A DNA stretch of 64,000 nt from the NCBI GenBank assembly GCA_020057885.1, contig JAGVEX010000019.1, forward strand, positions 84,045-148,044, read 5' to 3'. Of the stretch, positions 30,611 to 40,559 are shown piece by piece; the stretch's first letter is position 1; each line of letters starts with the position of its first letter. A program made the translations under genes and the position numbers. The notes beneath the pieces are model-generated. The model worked only from the letters and a program-made list of their open reading frames with translations, did no database searches and was not told where the DNA came from. This DNA comes from a bacterium. Its GTDB lineage: Bacteria; Patescibacteriota; Patescibacteriia; Veblenbacterales; UBA10138.

Positions 30611-30685
30611 GCCCTCGTAGTTCAATGGATAGAATGCGAGCTTGCGGAGCTTGTGATGCAGGTTCGATTCCTGCCGGGGGCACCA
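30611..30685 (+). tRNA. tRNA-Arg (anticodon read as GCG) with an encoded CCA
   Basis: Acceptor 'gccctcg' / 'cgggggc', D-stem 'gttc'/'gaat', anticodon stem 'cgagc'/'gcttg' with loop 'ttgcgga', T-arm 'gcagg-ttcgatt-cctgc', and discriminator A. Confidence 0.75.
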
Positions 30686-30727
30686 CTTATGAAAAGTTAA
30701 AGAGTTTTTGGGGAAGAAAATTTTCAT

Positions 30728-31582
30728 ATGCAATTATCCTGGTTTCCATTTTCTCTTATCGCCACACTACTTTTTGGTGTGGCGATGGCTTTTTATAAAC
30801 TTCCTTCAGCAAAAAATCATAATTTATTTGCTGCCACTTTTTGGTCACTTGCAATCCCGACAATTTTAGCTTTCATATTTTTTCATTCATATCTTTCTTT
30901 GGGTACCCCCGCAATGATATGGACGGCGCTTTTATGGGGTATTACATTTACCTGTATTGTTCTTCTCCAAATGTATGCTTTAAGACATATTGATACCAAT
31001 GTTTTATTTCCCATAACTACCACCGCAAGCCTCATTGTAACTGTCCTTATAGGTATATTTTTCTTCAACGAACATATTAGTACCCTCCAAACTTTCGGAG
31101 TTATTCTTGCAGTCATTACTATATTCTACTTTCTCTACAAGGGTGGAAATATGCGGTACTCCCGACTCTTGACTGGCGTTGGTTCTGGAATTATTTTTAT
31201 ATCCGCTTTTAATAAAATTTTGCAAAAAATTGTTGCTGATAAATTTGATATTCACGTTTTCCAAATTTATCAGTATCTCTTTGCGGCTATATTTGCTTTG
31301 TTGATTTATTTAGTTCTTCATCGTCGTGATTGGAAAACCCATATTTTTTCTGGCGGACTTGGCATTGGAAGTTTAATAGGTGTTTTTAGTTTTTTCGGTG
31401 GTTACGCGTTATATATCGCTTTAACTAAAGGCTCATTCCCATTAATTACTTCTATTCACTCGCTTTATATTTTAATAACCGCGCTCACGGCATATTTCTT
31501 GTTCCGAGAGCAACTTACTATAAAAAAGATTTTTCTACTTCTTCTTGCCATTGTTGCTGTCATCCTAATTCGTATCGGATAA
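30728..31582 (+). CDS. DMT/EamA-like polytopic membrane transporter
   Basis: 284 aa with about 10 transmembrane helices in two half-repeats. Confidence 0.4.
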   Translation: MQLSWFPFSLIATLLFGVAMAFYKLPSAKNHNLFAATFWSLAIPTILAFIFFHSYLSLGTPAMIWTALLWGITFTCIVLLQMYALRHIDTNVLFPITTTASLIVTVLIGIFFFNEHISTLQTFGVILAVITIFYFLYKGGNMRYSRLLTGVGSGIIFISAFNKILQKIVADKFDIHVFQIYQYLFAAIFALLIYLVLHRRDWKTHIFSGGLGIGSLIGVFSFFGGYALYIALTKGSFPLITSIHSLYILITALTAYFLFREQLTIKKIFLLLLAIVAVILIRIG

Positions 31583-31634
31583 ATACCACCAAACCTACCT
31601 GCCAGTAGTCAGGGATTTAGGATTTTAAATTTTT

Positions 31635-33686
31635 ATGTTGTCTTTAGAGAGTCCACTTACAACTATATCCGGTATCGGCCCTAGTTTTGCCAAAAAACTA
31701 GGAAACCTTGATTTATTTACTGTGCGCGATATTTTATTTCATTTTCCCTCGCGTTATGAAGATTTTTCCAAATTAATCCCAATAAAATCATTAAAAATCG
31801 GAGAACAAGTAACTATCAAAGGAAAAATTCAATTAATCAAATCCCGCCGCGCTTTCCATAAAAGACTGAATATTACTGAGGCACTGGTAGCCGACGCCAC
31901 GGGAACAATCAAGGCTATTTGGTTCAACCAACCTTATTTAGCGCAAACCTTAAAACAAGGCAGTGAAATTTTATTAGCCGGTAAACTCACCAGCTCAAAT
32001 TATGGCCTGCAAATTGAGCATCCTGTTTGGGAAATGATAGAACGCGGCGGAATACACACCAACCGCCTAGTACCTTTTTATCCCTTAAGTGGAAATATTA
32101 CGCACCGTTTTATACGAAACGCCATAACACGTATATTGCCACTGGCTAATAAATTATCAGATTGGCTACCGGCTGAAGTTAGAATTAAATGTCACCTGCC
32201 GCCACTTGCTAAAACTATTTATAATTTACATTCACCAAATAATTTAGCCGAACTTGAATTAGCCAGACGGCGTATAGTTTTTGACGAATTATATCTTGCT
32301 AATCTTAGATCTAAATTAGCCAGTATCAATTTAAAATCCAACGCCGCACCTATTATCCCTTTCTCACCAACTACTAAACAATTCGTGGAGTCGCTTCCTT
32401 GGCAGCTTACAACCGACCAAAAATTAACCGCCTGGAAAATAATTCAGGATTTGGGAAAATCACAGCCAATGTTCCGTTTATTACAAGGTGATGTTGGCTC
32501 GGGCAAAACCATTGTGGCTGGTTTGGCGGCCCTAAACGCTGTGATGGCCGGGTGGCAAACTGCTTTTTTAGCGCCCACGGAAATTTTAGCTAAACAGCAC
32601 TGGGAAACTCTAAGCCAATTATTTATTAATTGGCCAATTACTATAGGCTTGCTCACGCGTGGCCATCATCTTGTTTCAAATGATAGTTCGGCCACCAGCA
32701 CAACCATCAAAAAATTAATCAGCAATAATAAAATTAATATTTTAATAGGCACACATGCTATTTTAGAAAAATCAGTTAAATTCAATAAACTCGGGTTAGT
32801 GGTAGTTGACGAACAACATCGTTTCGGCGTGGAACAAAGAAACCAACTAATAAACAAAAAATCCATCTCGCCTCATTTTCTTTCTTTATCAGCCACGCCT
32901 ATACCACGCTCTTTAGCTTTAACAATTTATGGTGATTTGGATATTTCAATTATTCATTCCTTGCCGACAGGGCGCAAACCTATCACAACTACTATTGTTC
33001 CGCCTACTGGTCGCGAACGCGCCTATGCTCTCATGCGCCATGAAGTAACTGCGGGCAATAGAATTTTTGTTGTTTGCCCCTTAATTGACGAATCCGATAC
33101 TCTGGGTGTAAAAGCCGCTACCAACGAACGCGAGCGATTAGCGCGTGAAGTATTCCCTGATATTAAAATTGGTTTATTACATGGCAAATTATCTAGTAAG
33201 GAAAAAAACTATGCAATGGAAAATTTTCGCAATGGTGCTACGCCTATTTTAGTAAGCACCTCTGTGGTAGAAGTGGGAGTAGATGTACCACAAGCCACCA
33301 TAATGGCGATTGAAGGAGCAGAGCGGTTTGGCATAGCCCAATTACACCAATTTCGTGGACGGGTAGGACGTTCTGACAAACCAAGCTATTGCCTACTATT
33401 TGCCGACAATAATAACCAAGCTGCCAATAAAAGATTACAAGCTCTAGTAAAATACGCCAATGGTTTTGATTTGGCTGAATTTGATCTTAAACAAAGAGGC
33501 CCGGGCGACTTAATGGGTGATTTACAATCCGGCTGGGCTAAATTAAGATTCGTTGACCTGGCCGACGCCAAACTTTTGGCTTTGGTGCGACAAGGAGTGG
33601 CCAAAACTTTGGAAATTGACTCTGAACTAAAACGCTGGCCGGATCTTAAGGCTAAATTAGGAAATACCAACTTCCATCCTGAATAA
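31635..33686 (+). CDS. recG: ATP-dependent DNA helicase RecG
   Basis: 'LQGDVGSGKTIVA', 'VVVDEQHRFGV', and an N-terminal wedge/OB region. 683 aa. Confidence 0.9.
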   Translation: MLSLESPLTTISGIGPSFAKKLGNLDLFTVRDILFHFPSRYEDFSKLIPIKSLKIGEQVTIKGKIQLIKSRRAFHKRLNITEALVADATGTIKAIWFNQPYLAQTLKQGSEILLAGKLTSSNYGLQIEHPVWEMIERGGIHTNRLVPFYPLSGNITHRFIRNAITRILPLANKLSDWLPAEVRIKCHLPPLAKTIYNLHSPNNLAELELARRRIVFDELYLANLRSKLASINLKSNAAPIIPFSPTTKQFVESLPWQLTTDQKLTAWKIIQDLGKSQPMFRLLQGDVGSGKTIVAGLAALNAVMAGWQTAFLAPTEILAKQHWETLSQLFINWPITIGLLTRGHHLVSNDSSATSTTIKKLISNNKINILIGTHAILEKSVKFNKLGLVVVDEQHRFGVEQRNQLINKKSISPHFLSLSATPIPRSLALTIYGDLDISIIHSLPTGRKPITTTIVPPTGRERAYALMRHEVTAGNRIFVVCPLIDESDTLGVKAATNERERLAREVFPDIKIGLLHGKLSSKEKNYAMENFRNGATPILVSTSVVEVGVDVPQATIMAIEGAERFGIAQLHQFRGRVGRSDKPSYCLLFADNNNQAANKRLQALVKYANGFDLAEFDLKQRGPGDLMGDLQSGWAKLRFVDLADAKLLALVRQGVAKTLEIDSELKRWPDLKAKLGNTNFHPE

Positions 33687-34003
33687 CCAATAAATATGGC
33701 TTATTTTGGCCAAGACTGGACAAAATTTTAAATTCATACTACACTAATTTGAAAATAGAAATTTAACATACCGGGCACCAAAAACCTCACAAGGGCAAAA
33801 TGGTACTTCTACTATCAACATAATGGAGAAATGGATGGTACAGTAAGTGCCGCCTCTGCTCTCCCTATTAGGTAATGGTGCCTTTAAATTTTAAAATAAA
33901 AATACCAACCCTTTGGGTTAGTACCAATATAATTAACTAAAATAAAATTACAACTAAACGGAGATCGATTATGATAAATTCAAGTTAAAAAACTAATCAA
34001 CTC

Positions 34004-34405
34004 GTGTTCTTAAACCACAGAATTATTAAATTTTTTAAAAGAGTAGAGGATAAAATGAGTTTAAATATACTTGGGGAATGGGAAAATCCAAATAACAGAC
34101 GTAAATATGAGGTCAAAATAATCGGACCTATTGGAAGTACCACAAAATCCGATGGAACAATTCTGGGTTATGGTCCAGACATACTTGCGAGCCTTAAAGC
34201 ACACGGTCTATCCGATGTCCCAAATGTAAAAATAACAAACCCTAAAGCCATGGCGGCGATCATAGCGGCTAACAACATATCTAACCTAAGTAAATTAGGT
34301 ATTGAAATGGATAAGCCAACTCACCAACTGCTACTAGAGGAATTACAAACCAAAGGGTTTGCTACTGAAAGTTTGATTCTTGGTGAAAACCAAATAATCA
34401 AATAA
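34004..34405 (+). CDS. Hypothetical protein (133 aa)
   Basis: Complete ORF. No family recognised. Confidence 0.3.
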   Translation: MFLNHRIIKFFKRVEDKMSLNILGEWENPNNRRKYEVKIIGPIGSTTKSDGTILGYGPDILASLKAHGLSDVPNVKITNPKAMAAIIAANNISNLSKLGIEMDKPTHQLLLEELQTKGFATESLILGENQIIK

Positions 34406-34458
34406 CCATCCCACCTAAAAAGAGCCAATGTAACTCCATACATTGGCTCTTGTTCTTT

Positions 34459-34986
34459 TTAACAAATATAAAACCGCCATTTTTTATATTTCCACTTGCC
34501 AGCATAGTCAACCCCAATACGTTTAGCTGATATAATTTTAAATGGTTTGCGTACCCTACTAGATTCAAACCATAAATTTTTACCAACAGTCTCATCACCA
34601 CCATTTAAACTTTTATCAATTTTAAAATATTTACATACCTTTCCTGGCCCATTGAGTAGTTTAATGTTCTTCCCCTCTACCAAAACACCTCTTATTAAAA
34701 CCGCGGCCGGATAATCTTCTTTCTCCGTTACCACATTCAAACAATAATGCATACCATAAATTAAATAGACGTAAAAATATCCTGCTTCACCGAACATTAT
34801 TTTAGTGCGGGGTGTAAGGCCGTGTGAGGCGTGCGAAGCTTTATCGTTTGATCCAACATAAGCTTCGGTTTCAATTATTCTGCCGCGTAGAATCCTGTGG
34901 CCGATTCGCCGAACTAAAAAACAGCCCAATAAATTTTGGGCGACCTTAATTGTAGACTTTTGGAAAAATGAGCGTTTAAGAAGCAC
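34459..34986 (-). CDS. mpg: DNA-3-methyladenine glycosylase (MPG/AAG family)
   Basis: 'IIETEAYVGSNDKASHA' and 'YGMHYCLNVV' family signatures. 175 aa. Confidence 0.85.
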   Translation of the reverse strand: MLLKRSFFQKSTIKVAQNLLGCFLVRRIGHRILRGRIIETEAYVGSNDKASHASHGLTPRTKIMFGEAGYFYVYLIYGMHYCLNVVTEKEDYPAAVLIRGVLVEGKNIKLLNGPGKVCKYFKIDKSLNGGDETVGKNLWFESSRVRKPFKIISAKRIGVDYAGKWKYKKWRFYIC

Positions 34987-35019
34987 AATACAAAATTAAA
35001 AATTTAACATTTTACATTT

Positions 35020-36369
35020 TCACCTTATCCACTCCACTGCCTCGTATATAGTTTTTACAGAGGCTATTTCCAGCCCTTTGGGTAATTTAGCATTGGCTGG
35101 CAACCCGGCTGTTAGGGCCTGTTTAAAACCCAAACGAGCGGCCTCCTGCAGACGCTTTTCTGCGCCCACCACCGGCCTTATCTCGCCACCCAAGCCTACC
35201 TCTCCAAAAACCACCAAATCATTCGGTAGCGGCCTTTTTAGGGCAGCTGAAGCCACCGCCGCGCATACTGCCAAATCCAAAGCCGGCTCACGGCTTTTAA
35301 ACCCACCTGCTAAATTAATATAAACATCACTAAAATTTAATTTCACTCCCGCGCGTTCAGCTAAAACCGCCAACAAAACCTGCAAACGATTAACATCAAA
35401 ACCAGTGGTAGCTCTTTTTGGATAATTTAATCTGGAGTGAGTTACCAATGCTTGTAACTCAATTAGCAAACTACGCGAACCTTCTAGCACCGCCGTAATA
35501 CAGGAACCAGCCCCCAAATGACGTTCAGCTAAAAATATAGCAGAAGGATTTGTTATCTCACGTAACCCCGCCTCGCCCATTTCAAACACACCAACTTCGT
35601 CGGTCGGACCAAAACGATTTTTATTAGCGCGTAAAAAACGTAAAGCTTGGTGTTCAACTCCATCTAAACTCAAAACCACATCAACTAAATGTTCAATTGT
35701 TTTGGGTCCAGCGGCTACGCCTTCTTTGGTAACGTGGCCAATTACAACCACTGCTATACCAGTTTCTTTGGCGAGTGCCACCAATTCTGACAAAATCATT
35801 TTAACTTGTGTGGGAGAGCCAGGATTACCCACCCCTTCGGACGCGCGTATGGCTTGCAAAGAATCAATTACTAATAAAACTGGGTTTAATTGCCGCGCTG
35901 TGGCTATCACTGTATTAATATCAACTTCATTGGTAAAAGAAATATTTTTACCTTTAAGTCCCAAACGTTTTAATCTGTTTGCTACTTGCTCCACAGATTC
36001 TTCGCCCGAAACATAAAGCACTGAGCCTGAACAACGCTCAGCCAAGCCAAGCAGTAAAGTGGATTTACCCACACCTGGCTCGCCGGTTAACAAAACAACC
36101 ACAGCCGAAGCGAGTCCTCCGCCTAACACTCTGTCTATCTCCACCCAGCCCGTAGCCAAACGGCGCGCTGGCGTTTCACTAATATGATCGCTAAGTGAAA
36201 CTGTGGCACCAGCGAGGTTCAACGCTGTGTGTTGAGTCTGACGGGTAACTGCGGTTGGCTCCGTGCCTACAGTGCCAAATTTACCACATTGGTTACAACG
36301 CCCTACCCATTTAGGGTATTGCGCGTCACAATTTGAGCAAATATAAATAATAGATGATTTAGGAGACAT
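35020..36369 (-). CDS. radA: DNA repair protein RadA/Sms
   Basis: N-terminal C4 zinc finger, Walker A 'GEPGVGKSTLLL', the 'KNRFG' motif, and a Lon-like C-terminus. Confidence 0.9.
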   Translation of the reverse strand: MSPKSSIIYICSNCDAQYPKWVGRCNQCGKFGTVGTEPTAVTRQTQHTALNLAGATVSLSDHISETPARRLATGWVEIDRVLGGGLASAVVVLLTGEPGVGKSTLLLGLAERCSGSVLYVSGEESVEQVANRLKRLGLKGKNISFTNEVDINTVIATARQLNPVLLVIDSLQAIRASEGVGNPGSPTQVKMILSELVALAKETGIAVVVIGHVTKEGVAAGPKTIEHLVDVVLSLDGVEHQALRFLRANKNRFGPTDEVGVFEMGEAGLREITNPSAIFLAERHLGAGSCITAVLEGSRSLLIELQALVTHSRLNYPKRATTGFDVNRLQVLLAVLAERAGVKLNFSDVYINLAGGFKSREPALDLAVCAAVASAALKRPLPNDLVVFGEVGLGGEIRPVVGAEKRLQEAARLGFKQALTAGLPANAKLPKGLEIASVKTIYEAVEWIR

Positions 36370-37505
36370 TATTTAATACAAAATTTAGATAATGGACTAG
36401 AGCCAGGATATTCAAAATGCCATTTTTCACGTTTACTAACAATGGGATTGCCTATTAACTGACAAAAACCAGCTTGCTTCATAATACCAGTTAACACATC
36501 TTGGCAAGGATCACTGGAGCTCTTGCCTTTGCACACCACGTCAACTGCCTGACCTGTAGTATGAGGACAATTAGCTTTATCTGGTTTAGGCTTACAAGTG
36601 TCCACTAAACATTTTCCATTTTTACAATTCTCTTCGTAAAGTTTTAATTGTTCGGCGTAAGTGCGTGAAGCATAATTAATTTCAATTTTTAAACCTTGAT
36701 TTTGGGCAGCTCGCGCAACTGTCAATAAAGTCTGCAATACATCTTCACGTAAAAAAGGATACTTGGCCGCGTCGGCATCTAAATAAAGAGTGGGGTTATC
36801 TTCTGGAATGCGCACTAAAGCAGGATAACCAGGAGGATTTTCCACCTCTTCTTCCACTAAATCAAGGGTTTGGCGTGGAATAGTAGTAATATCTAAAGTT
36901 TTAAAACTAACCAAAGCAGGGTTGATAAGATTTAAAAGTGTATAAGAAATTAAAGCTAACACTAAACCAGATATAGCGCTTATAATAGCGTCGTTAGCAT
37001 CTTTAACCCGCTCTGGCGAGCCAGCGGCCATAATACGTTTAAATCCGCCCCACGTTACCATTACGACTGAGGTTACGGCCAACATGGCAATAAAAAATTT
37101 ATAAAAAAGACTTAAGTAATTAACAAAAGTATCTCCCGTTACAACTATCCCCTGACCTGCTTTAACTTCAAAATTTTTACCAGCAATAGAAATACTGCCT
37201 GGAATGGTAATTTGTGGTGTAAATTCAATTGGCCCACTTTTTTCTTCACTCACACCAACGCCGCCACCAGTTGAAGGCGCCGAATCGTCGCGTACACAAC
37301 TATATGTTTCCCAGGTATCAACGCCACTGGCACGACTAGCATTACGGTGTTCACATTTAAAACCAGCACAACATATAATCTCTTGGCAATTGCCTTCGGC
37401 TGTAGTGCCTCCGGCCACGCAAGCTAATATCGCTTGAGGTGTGATTAACCAAAATAAACCAACCACTGCAACTATAATAAAATGCCACTTTTTTTTCTGA
37501 ACCAT
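36369..37505 (-). CDS. Cys-rich secreted protein with a central VirB2/TrbC-pilin-like double-transmembrane core (paralogue A)
   Basis: A signal peptide, Cys-rich segments, and the core 'FYKFFIAMLAVTSVVMVTWGGFKRIMAAGSPERVKDANDAIISAISGLVLALISYTLLNLINP'. That core is roughly 90% identical to the core of ORF 41374..42732. Confidence 0.5.
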   Translation of the reverse strand: MVQKKKWHFIIVAVVGLFWLITPQAILACVAGGTTAEGNCQEIICCAGFKCEHRNASRASGVDTWETYSCVRDDSAPSTGGGVGVSEEKSGPIEFTPQITIPGSISIAGKNFEVKAGQGIVVTGDTFVNYLSLFYKFFIAMLAVTSVVMVTWGGFKRIMAAGSPERVKDANDAIISAISGLVLALISYTLLNLINPALVSFKTLDITTIPRQTLDLVEEEVENPPGYPALVRIPEDNPTLYLDADAAKYPFLREDVLQTLLTVARAAQNQGLKIEINYASRTYAEQLKLYEENCKNGKCLVDTCKPKPDKANCPHTTGQAVDVVCKGKSSSDPCQDVLTGIMKQAGFCQLIGNPIVSKREKWHFEYPGSSPLSKFCIK

Positions 37506-37508
37506 AAA

Positions 37509-38168
37509 TTATCTAATAAACGCCTTTAGTTCATCTACAGTAAGTGTACCACTATACACCTTATCTTTAGTAATAAAATAAGGCGTACCATCCACCCCCA
37601 AAGCTGTTGCTTCGGCCATATTATACTGTATTAATGGCAAGGTTTCGTGTTTATCTAAACAATGGGCAAAGCTTGTTAAATCCAAATCTAAATCTGCCGC
37701 CAAATTACGATAAAAACCGGCACTCAAATTATTTTGATTAGCAAATAATTTACTATGAAATTCCCAAAATTTACCCTGCTTACCCGCGCACTGCGCCGCC
37801 TCGGCCGCCGCCCGCGCCTCGCCATGCTCTGGTAAAGGAAAATCTTTCCATACTAAACGTACCTGACCCTTACTACCCCCCACTACTTCTGCCAACACGG
37901 GAACCATATCAGCACAATAAGGGCATTCAAAGTCACTAAATTCTATTAAAGTTGTGGGAGCACTATTATTACCCAAAATTGGATCATCTGGCAAAATAGT
38001 AATTTGACCAGGTGATTTGGTGGGTGAATTATTAGTGGTATTAGTACTTAAATTTGATGACTCAGATGTTGGCTTGTTATTTTGACCACGCAATTGCCAA
38101 ATTGCTATAACAAATACTACTAAAATGGGTATAAGCAATAAAGCTAATGGACTACGCCGAGCTGTCAT
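37509..38168 (-). CDS. DsbA-like thiol:disulfide oxidoreductase (thioredoxin fold, membrane-anchored)
   Basis: 'FSDFECPYCADM' (CxxC), an N-terminal transmembrane helix, and 219 aa. Confidence 0.7.
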   Translation of the reverse strand: MTARRSPLALLLIPILVVFVIAIWQLRGQNNKPTSESSNLSTNTTNNSPTKSPGQITILPDDPILGNNSAPTTLIEFSDFECPYCADMVPVLAEVVGGSKGQVRLVWKDFPLPEHGEARAAAEAAQCAGKQGKFWEFHSKLFANQNNLSAGFYRNLAADLDLDLTSFAHCLDKHETLPLIQYNMAEATALGVDGTPYFITKDKVYSGTLTVDELKAFIR

Positions 38169-38257
38169 AAAATAAATATAAGAATTACGAATTATGAATC
38201 ACGAATCAAGAATAAAATTAAATTCATCATTCGGTATTCATGATTCAAAATGTTTTA
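38169..38257. repeat. Intercistronic heptad-repeat hairpin ('gaattac gaattat gaatcac gaatcaa ... tcatcat tcggtat tcatgat tcaaaat')
   Basis: 7-nt periodic 'GAATnnn' arm, then the complementary 'TTCnnnn' arm. It fills the whole spacer between two minus-strand genes. Confidence 0.5.
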
Positions 38258-39523
38258 CTATTGTAATTTTACGCTTCTAAGCTTGCCACTGGTATCGGTA
38301 AAATAAAGTATTTTTCCATCCTGAGAAATTGTTAAATTAGTAGCCGTGAGAGCAGTGCCTGTTTCGTCTATTGGCTCAGCCACCAAAGTGGTAGAACCAG
38401 TTTGCAAATTAACACGATAAATATAATCGGGAATATTATTGGCCATCTCACGTGTAAAACCAGCGCCTTCAGGCAACTCCTTGGGCACCGCGCAATAAGC
38501 CACCTCACCAGATAAATTACATTTATCCGACCAAGTAGCCAAACCTAAAGACTGTTTGTTGGAACCCACACTATCTGTAGCGGCATCTACCAGCCATAAT
38601 TCTGGTTTATAATTTGTTGTATCACTATAAACAGAATAAAGTAGTTTTTTACCATCGGGTGTCCAATTCGACTCAAAGCCCCGGCCATCAACTGTTAATT
38701 GCGGAAAATTTTCCCCATTTAAACCTATCAAAAGAACATTTTGTTGAAACAAGCCAGCTGGCTCACCAGTGCGCGACAAGGCCACTACTTGATTATTAGG
38801 AGACCATTCAACATCAACTTTATCAGCATTTTCGCCCATTGCTTCTATACCGGTAAGCCCCGAACCGTCTGGATTTACTGTAGTAATCCAATTATTAGAT
38901 AAACTATCCCCTAAATACTTACCGGCGATTTTTTGTCCATCACTCGAAAAAGAAAATTCAGTCATCTCTTTGGGCAAAGTATATTGTTTTTTACTCTGGA
39001 AATCATATAACACATTCGCGCCATCGGGAAATTCTAAAATAGCGCTATTGCTACTGGGTGCCCAAGTAACGGTTTGAACCTGGGGATATAAGGCGTCGGT
39101 TAAAAGACTTTTTGCACCGTCTGGAGAAATTTCATAAAATTTACCATCAGCCGCGTTATAATAGCGAACACTATCTCCGGTAGCACTGGCAGGAAACATT
39201 GTTGAGCCGCTAGTTAAAGCTGTAGCGGCTGTGGCACCACCAACAGCCACTGGCGAACCAGGTTGATTTGTTAAACCAGCATTAACATTAACGTTTACAT
39301 TTACATTAGAAATCGGCAAATTAACTCCGCCTGGACCACTTACATTAACATTGCCGTTTGTGGTAGGAGGAAAACCGGTTGGGCCATTTACGTTAACATT
39401 ATTATTGGGCAATGCTTGTTCTGATTTAGTAAATAAAATAAACAATAACCAAGCTAAAACACCAATAGCTATTACAACACCAACTGTTAATAAAATTTTA
39501 CGACGATCAATATTCTCAAACAT
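38258..39523 (-). CDS. TolB-like beta-propeller (PD40-repeat) protein with an N-terminal transmembrane anchor and an (NVN)n low-complexity linker
   Basis: Transmembrane helix, 'NVNVNGPTGF...NVNVNVNVNAG', then repeated 'DG.K..Y' propeller-blade motifs. Confidence 0.45.
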   Translation of the reverse strand: MFENIDRRKILLTVGVVIAIGVLAWLLFILFTKSEQALPNNNVNVNGPTGFPPTTNGNVNVSGPGGVNLPISNVNVNVNVNAGLTNQPGSPVAVGGATAATALTSGSTMFPASATGDSVRYYNAADGKFYEISPDGAKSLLTDALYPQVQTVTWAPSSNSAILEFPDGANVLYDFQSKKQYTLPKEMTEFSFSSDGQKIAGKYLGDSLSNNWITTVNPDGSGLTGIEAMGENADKVDVEWSPNNQVVALSRTGEPAGLFQQNVLLIGLNGENFPQLTVDGRGFESNWTPDGKKLLYSVYSDTTNYKPELWLVDAATDSVGSNKQSLGLATWSDKCNLSGEVAYCAVPKELPEGAGFTREMANNIPDYIYRVNLQTGSTTLVAEPIDETGTALTATNLTISQDGKILYFTDTSGKLRSVKLQ

Positions 39524-39531
39524 ATACTAAT

Positions 39532-40149
39532 TTATTTAAGATAGCTTCTCATTTGTTTCAGCAACTCAGTTTTTACTTCGGACCAATTGATGCGTTCCAA
39601 AAGAATGGGGTTAGGTTCACGTTCGGCTTCAACGAAATAAACCAAACTTTTAAGCAAATGGAGATGATTATATTTTACACCTTTATACTTTTTATCAAAC
39701 CAATCTAATAACTGTTTCAAAGAATAAACGCGCAATAACACATACAAATCAAAAAAATCTTTGCGACTGCCTCGGCTAGAAATGGCTTGCAGTTTCATAC
39801 AGCCAATATCGGCTGGTGCGGCCAAATTTACTCCCTGATAAGATACTAACCGACGCAATAATTTATAAGGATAAAAAAGAAAACTTAATCTTATTCCAGC
39901 CAATCTAATATGCAAAGTACCAATGTCTTCTGAGACAACTGTTATTTTACCAATTTTAGATAGTTGCCTTTTAAGTAAGTTCGAAGAAAATTTATGCGCT
40001 GAAAACCAATCAAAATCCAGCGATTGCCTGTGGCCACACTGCAAAGCCAGGGCTGTTCCACCAGCCATATACCAATCTCCATTTTTTAAAATTCCTCCTA
40101 ACTTAGGCAGTAATCTTTTGGCAGTTGGTAGCAAAATTTCTTCATGCAT
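39532..40149 (-). CDS. AbiEii-family nucleotidyltransferase (type IV toxin-antitoxin toxin-like)
   Basis: 'MAGGTALALQCGHRQSLDFDWF' matches the AbiEii / DUF1814 N-terminal nucleotidyltransferase motif. 205 aa. Confidence 0.65.
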   Translation of the reverse strand: MHEEILLPTAKRLLPKLGGILKNGDWYMAGGTALALQCGHRQSLDFDWFSAHKFSSNLLKRQLSKIGKITVVSEDIGTLHIRLAGIRLSFLFYPYKLLRRLVSYQGVNLAAPADIGCMKLQAISSRGSRKDFFDLYVLLRVYSLKQLLDWFDKKYKGVKYNHLHLLKSLVYFVEAEREPNPILLERINWSEVKTELLKQMRSYLK

Positions 40150-40159
40150 ATTACTAACC

Positions 40160-40453
40160 TCATTTTTTAATAACTACCTTCCATAACGCCTTACTTTTAG
40201 CATCAAGCTCACGAGTTTTAACAATAACGTTATACAACAAACTTGGGGAATATATTTTTTTTATAACCTTCCAATCCCCAATATCGCCAAATTGCAAAAC
40301 ACGTTTAATAATAAAAGCGCTATGCTTTTTAGGTTTTAACGTTTTGGTTGCTATATCCCAAAAAAGACCTTGTGAAAATTTACTACTAAATAAGCTCATA
40401 TATAAATTATAGCATATTTTAATTGTTTTTACAACCTTTGCGGCTTTTACCAC
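40160..40453 (-). CDS. Small protein upstream of the AbiEii-like gene. It may be the cognate antitoxin.
   Basis: 97 aa, 10 nt upstream of the toxin-like gene on the same strand. No family recognised. Confidence 0.3.
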   Translation of the reverse strand: MVKAAKVVKTIKICYNLYMSLFSSKFSQGLFWDIATKTLKPKKHSAFIIKRVLQFGDIGDWKVIKKIYSPSLLYNVIVKTRELDAKSKALWKVVIKK

Positions 40454-40511
40454 TACTTACAATACACGCGCAAAAATCCAAAACCTAAATCACTTTAAAT
40501 TATCAACATTA

Positions 40512-40537
40512 CACATTGTGACGGCCGTCAAAAAGTG
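40512..40537. repeat. GC-core palindrome P2 ('cacattgtgacggccgtcaaaaagtg'), the left border of PaaX-like cassette 1
   Basis: Perfect 12-bp core 'tgacggccgtca'. The arms match apart from two mismatches. It sits within a left flank that is about 85% identical to 63515-63593. Confidence 0.55.
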
Positions 40538-40559
40538 TTATATTGATTAAAGGAATATA

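Noticed and set aside
33690-34003. Possible ncRNA in the recG-downstream spacer ('ggcacc...ggtgcc' pairing and a small 'aaccc-ttt-gggtt' hairpin)
   Set aside because: The stems are short and there is no conserved motif, so support is weak.
40160-40453. Confident call of the 97-aa ORF as an AbiEi antitoxin
   Set aside because: Canonical AbiEi proteins are much larger wHTH proteins and no motif was recognised. It is left as a hypothetical partner.
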